Translations under genes and position numbers: made by a program
Part shown: positions 47,480 through 54,745 of the stretch, in pieces
How the letters are laid out: each line of letters begins with the position of its first letter
Numbering within the stretch: the stretch's first letter is position 1
Origin: Prorocentrum cordatum
Taxonomy: Eukaryota
Assembly (NCBI GenBank): GCA_963575745.1
Contig: CAUYUJ010000219.1
Span: 62,001 to 116,745 of the forward strand
Reading direction: 5' to 3'
DNA: 54,745 bases
Notes under the pieces: model-generated
Seen by the model: only the letters and a program-made list of their open reading frames with translations
Database searches by the model: none
What the model was told of the DNA's origin: nothing

Positions 47480-50400
47480 CATCAGAGAAGCTCTCGGGGT
47501 CTCAGCCTCCGTGCGTTGCGGCACTCGAACGGCCCGCTGGCGGCCGCGTGGCGGGCCCAGCAGTGCGCGAGGTACACCGACGATGGTGGCGAGGGCCCCA
47601 GGCACTCGAACGGCCCGCTGGCGGCCGTGCGGGCTACCCGCGATGACGTCAGACCGCGCGCCTCGAAGGATCGCCGGGCAGCGTCCAGCTGGAGGACGAA
47701 CGCCTGGTCGAACGATGGGCCCCAGGCGCCGAGGCGCTCCAGCGACTGGGAACAATACAGCCGTGCCTCGCGAAGCTGGGCAGCCCGCTCCGCCACGCGG
47801 AGACCGCCCTCCGAGGGCGCCTCCCACTGGCATACCCGGCACTCCGACGCCAGGGCCACTTCGGGGAGATCTGGAAGAGAAACGGGGAATCCCAGAAGCG
47901 GCAGTCCGTGCACGGCAGCTGGCGGTGCCCAGCGGAAAGGGCCAGGGTGAAGAAACTGCATTGCGTCGGCCTCCAGTTTTGGCCACCGCGCTGGCGGGGC
48001 GCCCAGCTGCGCCAAGAAGCTCAGGGTCGAGAGTGCGCACACCGAGTAGGCCACCGTGTTCGTGCACATCCCGCCTCCGGAACGGCCCCACTTCTGAGCC
48101 CGCTTCTTGAACTTCGCGCGGGCGGCGCCCCAGCCGTGCTCGCCGCGATCCGGCCCCAAGACGAACCCGAGATATTTCGCACGGTGCGCGAAACGCACTC
48201 CGCCCCAGGAGGGCGCGCCCGCCGCGACGGCGGCGCGAGCGTCTGCGGGGCCGCCAGCTCGGAGCGGCACCCAGTAAGTCTTGCCGATGTTCAGGCAGAG
48301 GCCCGAGATGGCAGCATATTCGTCGAAGAGCGATCCGAGCAGACAGGCGGCGGCTGCACCCTGAAGGAGGACCAGCGCCAGATCGTCCGCGTAAGCGCGC
48401 CGCACTGCTGTCGAGAACTCCCTGCCATGGCGCCGCAGGAGGAGGTCGGCGGCCACGGCGAAGAGCAGCGGGGACAAGGGGCAACCCTGCCAGATGCCCG
48501 CAGTGACTGGGAAGCCGTCGTGCAGACCTCCCCCAACGACCAGCTGGCACCTGTTATTGCAATATGGCGCGCCCACGTAGTTTAAGACAGTCGTCGGCAG
48601 CCCCGAGTCTGCCAGGACTTCTAACAGGAACTCTTGGCCCACGCTGGGGAACGCCGCAGCGAAGTCGAAGAAAACTGCCGCGCCGTCTGGAGCCGTGAGC
48701 GCGGTGAGCTGCATTGCCTCGTCGACATCTACCACGTTGGCGAGCAGAGGTTGCCCGCCGACGCACCCGCGTTACTCCGGGGAGACAATCTGCGCGAGGA
48801 AAGGTTCGAGGCGGTGGCGGACCGCCCCAGCCAGGAGCCTGTTGTCCGTGATGACGAGGCTGAGAGGCCGGGTGTCGCTGGCGGCGTAGCGAGGGACCCC
48901 ATCGGCTCCTTCTCCGGTCGCCGTTTTTGGCAGGAAGACCATCAGGCTGTCGATGTACCTCGGCAGATCCCGCATGATGGCTTCGTTCGCTCCTGGGCTG
49001 CTCAGCTGCGTGTAGGCGCCGTGCAAAACCTCCACAGCCAACGGGCCGAGCCGCTTCCAAGCTGCGAATGGCATTCCATCTGGGCCAGGCGCGGTGGACG
49101 GTGCGTGGTCCAGCGCGTGCCGCACGTCGCTCGGGCGGAGAATCCAGCGCGGGTCTTGGGCCGCCGACAGCCGCGGCGCGCCCTGGCCTGCACGGGCCGG
49201 CCGTTCGTTCTGCAGCCACTGCTGGCGCAGACGTCTGTCCGTGGCCGCGCGCTGAAGGTCGCCCCCCAGTGCTCTCGGAGGGCGTCAGCCATGGCTGCTG
49301 GCTGCGTGAGCACCTCCCCTGTGCGACTAAGCACGGCCCTGAGGGACTGGCAGCGGCCAGGCGCAAGTCTCGCGAGCAACTGCCAGTTTCGGCCACGCCG
49401 CACGGCGGCCTGGTGGGCATCAAGCCCTGGCAGGTCAGCGCGGAACCGTTGGAGCTCGTCCACCGCGTGCTCGCGGGCGAGCTCCACAGCGTGGTCCCGG
49501 ACGGCCTGTAGACGCCCAGCAGCGCGCAATTGGAGCGAGTACGGATTGTCCACCAGGTTGGCCAGGTGAGGGTAGCTCTCTAGGCACCGGCTGATGCGCC
49601 CGAAGTGTCCGCCCTCGACGGCCCGCAGGAATTGCATCGTCACTCCGACTCTGTTCTCGGCCGTTTCGGCCGGGTGCCGGCCGGCCGTCTCCTTGGCGAG
49701 GTGCTTGGCCACCGCCTTCATGGCATCCTTGAGCAGCCCCAGGCGCCGCAAGGGCGATGCGTCCAGCTCCGCCGCTGCACGCTCTTGAAACGCCAGCTCG
49801 ACGAGAAAAGTCCAATCCGCGTGCTGGATAGCCTCGTGCGCAATGGGCCTGTCGCCCACCAGCCGGGTGGGCATCCGGCGGCCCGCAGCCACGGCCTGGT
49901 GGTGAGATAGCGTCGGGACCCACTCCAAGGCAACGGCGAAGATGTCGCGATCAAGCTGCTCCGCCGCTTCTTGATTCCAGTAGATCCGGTCGAGCCGCGA
50001 GCGCGTGGTGCCACTGCGGTGCGTCAGAGCTGGTTGGTGCAGCTCGTGGAGAGAAAACCAGTGGCGCTCCTCGGCTTGGTCACGCCTGCCCGTGGGGGGC
50101 CGGTGCTCTGAGGATGCTCTGTCGGCGTCCTCGACCACCCACTTGAAGTCACCTGCTACGACCGCCAGCGCACTCACCGCCGGGCGTAGTGCCCGCGCGA
50201 CCTTGAGCCGTAGGGCGGCCCACTGGCGTGGGAGAGTCAGCTGGGCCTCGGGCGCCCCCCGCGCGGGCTCATGCAAGGCGCGGGCGGAGCCAGTCGGGAA
50301 GTAGGCGACCACCAGATCCAAGGAGCCCTGTGGGCCACCTGCGCCAAGCACCGCAGCCTGCCAGGCTCGATCTCGATCCAATCGCGCTCCGGGAATGCCT

Positions 50401-50800
50401 CCAGAAGGCGATCCTGCACGACGATCCCCACGCCTGCCTGGGAGGCCGTCCCGTGGGACCACCATGTGCGGCAATCGCGCGGGCCTCGCCACGCCTCTGC
50501 TGCTCCTGGCAAGCTGCGCGCTTCTGTCAAGAGGATGATGGCGTCGCAGGAGCGGGCGAGGTGCTCCACGTACCGTGTTTTGGCGCCCAGCTGGCCCGGA
50601 GCTGCGGCGAAATGGCGATGATCGACGAGAGCATGAAGACGGGGGGGGAGGGAGGTACGGAGCAGCACGAACATGTCTACGATCGCCCAGCCCATCCCGA
50701 AAATGGTCTTCACCAGGCGGCCGAAGCGAAAAAGCGATGTCGATGATGCATAGCATGCGTCCCAAGCGATTGATCGCCTGAATTGTTGCGGCGCTGCTCC
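47480..50800 (-). mobile_element. L1/Tx1-like non-LTR retrotransposon ORF2 relic (APE + RT), frameshifted and 3'-truncated
   Basis: APE motifs: ILLTEA, GVGIVV, VVAGDF, SRLDRIY, LSHHQAV. RT motifs: APGPDG, FLPK, RPLSL, FFDFAAAFPSV, GIWQGCPLSPLLF, AYADDL, GLCLNIGKT, KYLG. Confidence 0.93.
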
Positions 50801-51824
50801 CGTCCACAGCGCCGCCGCTGGCCCAAGCTACCTCGCCGTGGGGGTGGGCGGCCTGGTCTCCCGCCCCCGCGCGCCGTTTCCCGGCAGGTCGCGGACGTTG
50901 TTGGCGAGTCGCGCTGCCACCCCGTCCATGCCCACCTGAACGGACTGCCCGTGGAGGGCCTGGCGGACGGCTTGGACCTCAGCCTCGGAAGCGAGGCTTG
51001 GACACCCCGTTGAACTGTACGATCATCGTGTTTCGCATGTCCTTCCATTCCCTGCGAAGGATACAACGCAGCTCATCAAAAAAAGTTGACTCTCGCCTGA
51101 ACGGCAGGACGATGGTCAAGAGGAAGGCGTCTGGGGACGTGTGACGAGGGGACGTGGGTCGGGAAGGTGTGTTGCGGCATCGTTGATGCATCTTAGGTTT
51201 ACTCTGGTCCTCCTCCTCGTCCTCCTCATCTTCCTGCTATGAGCTATGAGCTAATGGCGCTCGGGTTGTATTGACGCCGCCGTCCAATCCCCCTGGGTCG
51301 GACGACCCTGGGGGTTGGGGGCTGATCAGACTAGATGCTGTGCTCAAGGATGGGGCAACTGGCAGAGCCCCCAGGGGCGAGGTATCTCAGTCCCTTTGCA
51401 GCCTGCAGGGGAAGGAGACGAACAAACAGACGCCGTGAACGACTTGGTGCGTTGGTAGAAAGAGGGGCGGAACGGAAAACATGGGATGAAACAGCGAGCA
51501 CGCTGAGCTTGGTCGCGACCAACCGAATCCGTGCGAGGCGGCGCCTAGACGAGGCGGAACCTTAGAGCCTCCGCGAGTCTACGGGCGACATGCCCTCGCC
51601 ATCGCTCGGACGTCCATTCCTCGTGTATTTTTCGATGTCGTGCGTGTTTTTTCGCCAAATAATCAAGGATGGTCCTCGATGGCCGTCGCCGAGAAAAAAT
51701 GCACACGTCCGAGCAATGCCAAGTGCCCCTGACCCAGACCTCGGGAGAGCCGCGCAGCCCAGCGGGAGAGGGGGGAGGAGGGAAGCGAGGAAGACACATG
51801 CTACAGAGAGGGGGGAGAGATGGG

Positions 51825-52046
51825 CACTCCGAATCCCTTATTCATCGTCCCCCGGGTCAGATCTTTTAAGGCGCCTTTTTTGCAGCTGGGGGGGTCCGGT
51901 GTATTAGGGCGCTTTCTTTGGATTGGAGCTTAGGGGGTCTGGTTTCATAAGGCGCCCCGTCGAAGAGGGGGGTCCAGAATATCAGGTCGCATTTGGAGGG
52001 GGGTCCGGTTTTTTAGGGGGGGTCGATCAAGAAGGGGTTTGGAGTG
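51825..52046. mobile_element. CACTCC-terminal MITE with a TGGG flanking duplication
   Basis: tggg|cactccgaatcccttattcatc ... gatcaagaaggggtttggagtg|tggg. Homologous to 6329-6549. Confidence 0.85.
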
Positions 52047-52108
52047 TGGGGGGTCTCCCCCTCCCCAGAAAAATGGAGGGCAGGAGGCTCCCCGCTCCCC
52101 CCCGTCTC

Positions 52109-52143
52109 CTGCGAGCGCGGAGGCGTCGACGCCGCAAAGCGGC
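52109..52143 (-). CDS. Possible upstream micro-exon of the TIP30-like gene
   Basis: gcgcag|G CCG..: (R)[11 protein letters not shown](G) with an AG|GA donor. It fits the 'RRPL' position after beta2 of the Rossmann fold. Confidence 0.4.
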
Positions 52144-52174
52144 CTGCGCACGCGGGAAAGCCGCCCTCCCGCCC

Positions 52175-52330
<156 letters not shown>

Positions 52331-52969
52331 CTCCTCCTCCTCCTCCTCCCCCTCCTCCTCCTCCTCATCCTCTCCTCCTCCTGCTCCTCCCTGCTCCTCC
52401 TCCTCCTCCTCCTCCTCCTCCTCCTCCTCCTCCTCCTCATCCTTCTCCTTCTGCTTCTCCTTCTCCTTCTCCTTCTCCTCCCTCCCTCCCTCCCTCCCTC
52501 CCTCCCCCCCCCCCTCCCCTCCTCCCCCGTGGCCAAGGGGGGGGACGGGGCGAGGACGCCCTCGAGCAGGGCTGGGCCTGAACGCTCTGTTTTTCGTTCT
52601 GGTTCCGCTCTGTCGCTCGTGTTGTTCTGTCTCCGAGGTTTCCTGTGTGCCTCCCTGCCACGACGCAGAACGGAGCACGGCCGAAGTCCAGCAAAGCGCA
52701 CCGTTCCTAGGTCCCGCCCTGCCCTCGAGAGCTGCCCTCCCGAGGGGGGCCGACTGGGGCTACCGGCTCAGAGGGGGGGGGGCCTGGACCTGGATCTTCT
52801 CCTCCTCTTCCTCCTCCTCCTCCTCCTCGCCAATAGTGAAGGGGCCCTGGGACACACAAATAAATACACACGGATAAAAAGATTGCCCATATTTCCCCAT
52901 GCTTCCTGGGTTTTTGTCTTCCCCCCCACTTCCCAGAGTTTCTTATATTTTCTGGGGAATCGACGATTC

Positions 52970-54745
52970 ATTGTGTGTGTGTTTGTGTGTGTGTGTGGTG
53001 TGGGTGTGGGTGTGGGTGTGGGTGTGGGTGTGGGTGTGTGTGTGTGTGCGTGTGCGTGTGCGTGTGCGTGTGCGTGTGCGTGTGCGTGTGCGTGTGCGTG
53101 TGCGTGTGCGTGTGCGTGTGCGTGTGCGTGTGCGTGTGCGTGTGCGTGTGCGTGTGCGTGTGCGTGTGCGTGTGCGTGTGCGTGTGCGTGTGCGTGTGCG
53201 TGTGCGTGTGCGTGTGCGTGTGCGTGTGCGTGTGCGTGTGCGTGTGCGTGTGCGTGTGCGTGTGCGTGTGCGTGTGCGTGTGCGTGTGCGTGTGCGTGCG
53301 TGCGCGTGCGCGTGCGCGTGCGCGTGCGCGTGCGCGTGCGCGTGCGCGTGCGCGTGCGCGGGCGCGTGCGCGTGCGCGTGCGCGTGCGCGTGCGCATGCG
53401 CGTGCGCGCGTGTGTGTGTGTGTGCCTGTGTGTGTGTCTGTGTGTTGTGTGTGTGTGTGTGTGTGTGTGTCTGTGTGTGTGTTGGTGTGTGTGGTGTGTG
53501 TGGTGTGTGTGTGTGGTGGTGTGTGTGGTGTGTGGTGTGGTGGTGTGTGGTGGGGCGTGGGTGTGGGTGTGGTGTGGTGTGGTGTGTGTGTGTGTGTGTG
53601 TGTGCGTGTGCGTGTGCGTGTGCGTGTGCGTGTGCGTGTGCGTGTGCGTGTGCGTGTGCGTGTGCGTGTGCGTGTGCGTGTGCGTGTGCGTGTGCGTGTG
53701 CGTGTGCGTGTGCGTGTGCGTGTGCGTGGTGCGTGTGCGTGTGCGTGTGCGTGTATGCGTGTGCGTGTGCGTGTGCGTGTTCGCGTGTGCGGTGCGTGTG
53801 CGTGTGCGTGTGCGTGTGCGTGTGCGTGTGCGTGTGCGTGTGCGTGTGCGTGTGCGTGTGCTGCGTGTTGTGGTGTGTGTGCTGCGTGTTGTGGTGTGTG
53901 TGTGTGTGCGTGTGCGTGTGCGTGTGCGTGTGCGTGTGCGTGTGCGTGTGCGGGTGCGTGTGCGTGTGCGTGTGCTGCGTGTGATGGTGTGTGTGTGCTG
54001 CGTGTTGTGGTGTGTGTGTGTGTCTGTGTGTGTCTGTGTGTGTCTGTGTGTGTCTGTGTGTGTCTGTGTGTGTCTGTGTGTGTCTGTGTGTGTCTGTGTG
54101 TGTCTTGCTGTGTCTGTGTGTGTCTGTGTGTGTCTGTGTGTGTCTGTGTGTTCTGTGTGTGTCTCTGTGTGTCCTGTGTCTCTGTGTGTGTCCTCTGTGT
54201 GTCTCTTGTGTGTGTCTCTGTGGTGTGCTCTGTGTGTGTCTCTGTGTGTGTCCTCTGTGTGTGTCTCTGTGTGTGTCTCTGGTGTGTCTCTGTGTGTGTC
54301 TCTGTGTGTGTCTCTGTGTGTGTCTCTGTGTGTGTCTCTGTGTGTGTCTCTGTGTGTGTCTCTGTGTGTGCCTCTGTGTGTGTCTCTGTGTGTGTCTCTG
54401 TGTGTGTCTCTGTGTGTGTCTCTGTGTGTGTGTCTCTGTGTGTGTCTCTGTGTGTGTCTCTGTGTGTGTCTCTGTGTGTGGCTCTGTGTGTGTCTCTGTG
54501 TGTGTCTCTGTGTGTGTCTCTGTGTGTGTCTCTGTGTGTGTTTCTGTGTGTGTCTCTGTGTGTGTCTCTGTGTGTGTCTCTGTGTGTGTCTCTGTGTGTG
54601 TCTCTGTGTGTGTCTCTGTGTGTGTCTCTGTGTGTGTCTCTGTGTGTGTCTCTTTGTGTGTCTCTGTGTGTGTCTCTGTGTGTGTCTCTGTGTGTGTCTC
54701 TGTGTGTGTCTCTGTGTGTGTCTCTGTGTGTGTCTCTGTGTGTGT
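52970..54745. repeat. Compound GT-rich microsatellite: (GTGTGC)n, (GCGTGC)n, then 10-bp and 14-bp GT/CT units
   Basis: Directly visible; it runs off the window end. Confidence 0.97.

Noticed and set aside
51700..51750. Candidate linking exon GLGQGHLALL for the TIP30-like gene
   Set aside because: It is phase-compatible but lacks recognisable family motifs, so it cannot be supported without transcripts.

Overview
This is eukaryotic, GC-rich, repeat-saturated DNA with dinoflagellate hallmarks: a perfect 22-nt DinoSL spliced-leader copy, GC and GA splice donors, and all host genes on one strand. A Prorocentrum-like source is my inference. Three host genes, all on the minus strand, can be rebuilt by hand. 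(1) A nucleus-encoded plastid ribosomal protein L12 has 3 exons (7699-7508, 6292-6026, 5827-5711; 191 aa) and a signal plus transit peptide. (2) A Ser/Thr kinase N-terminal exon (3824-3360) lies directly behind a genomic spliced leader. (3) A TIP30/HTATIP2-like NAD(P)-binding gene is not visible as a single ORF: it is split into five phase-consistent micro-exons of 45-89 nt (45488-23976), with two more probable exons extending it to about 52143-13069. The rest consists of decayed non-LTR retrotransposons (three RT/RNase H-type pieces, one L1/Tx1-like, one ORF1 relic), many MITE families (CCC- and CACT-terminal, Tc1-like), two Helitron-like non-autonomous elements, a CCC-terminal element carrying a 90-bp satellite, and long microsatellites. 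Most ORFs in the six-frame track are artefacts of simple repeats. No prokaryotic system, CRISPR array, rRNA or tRNA was seen.
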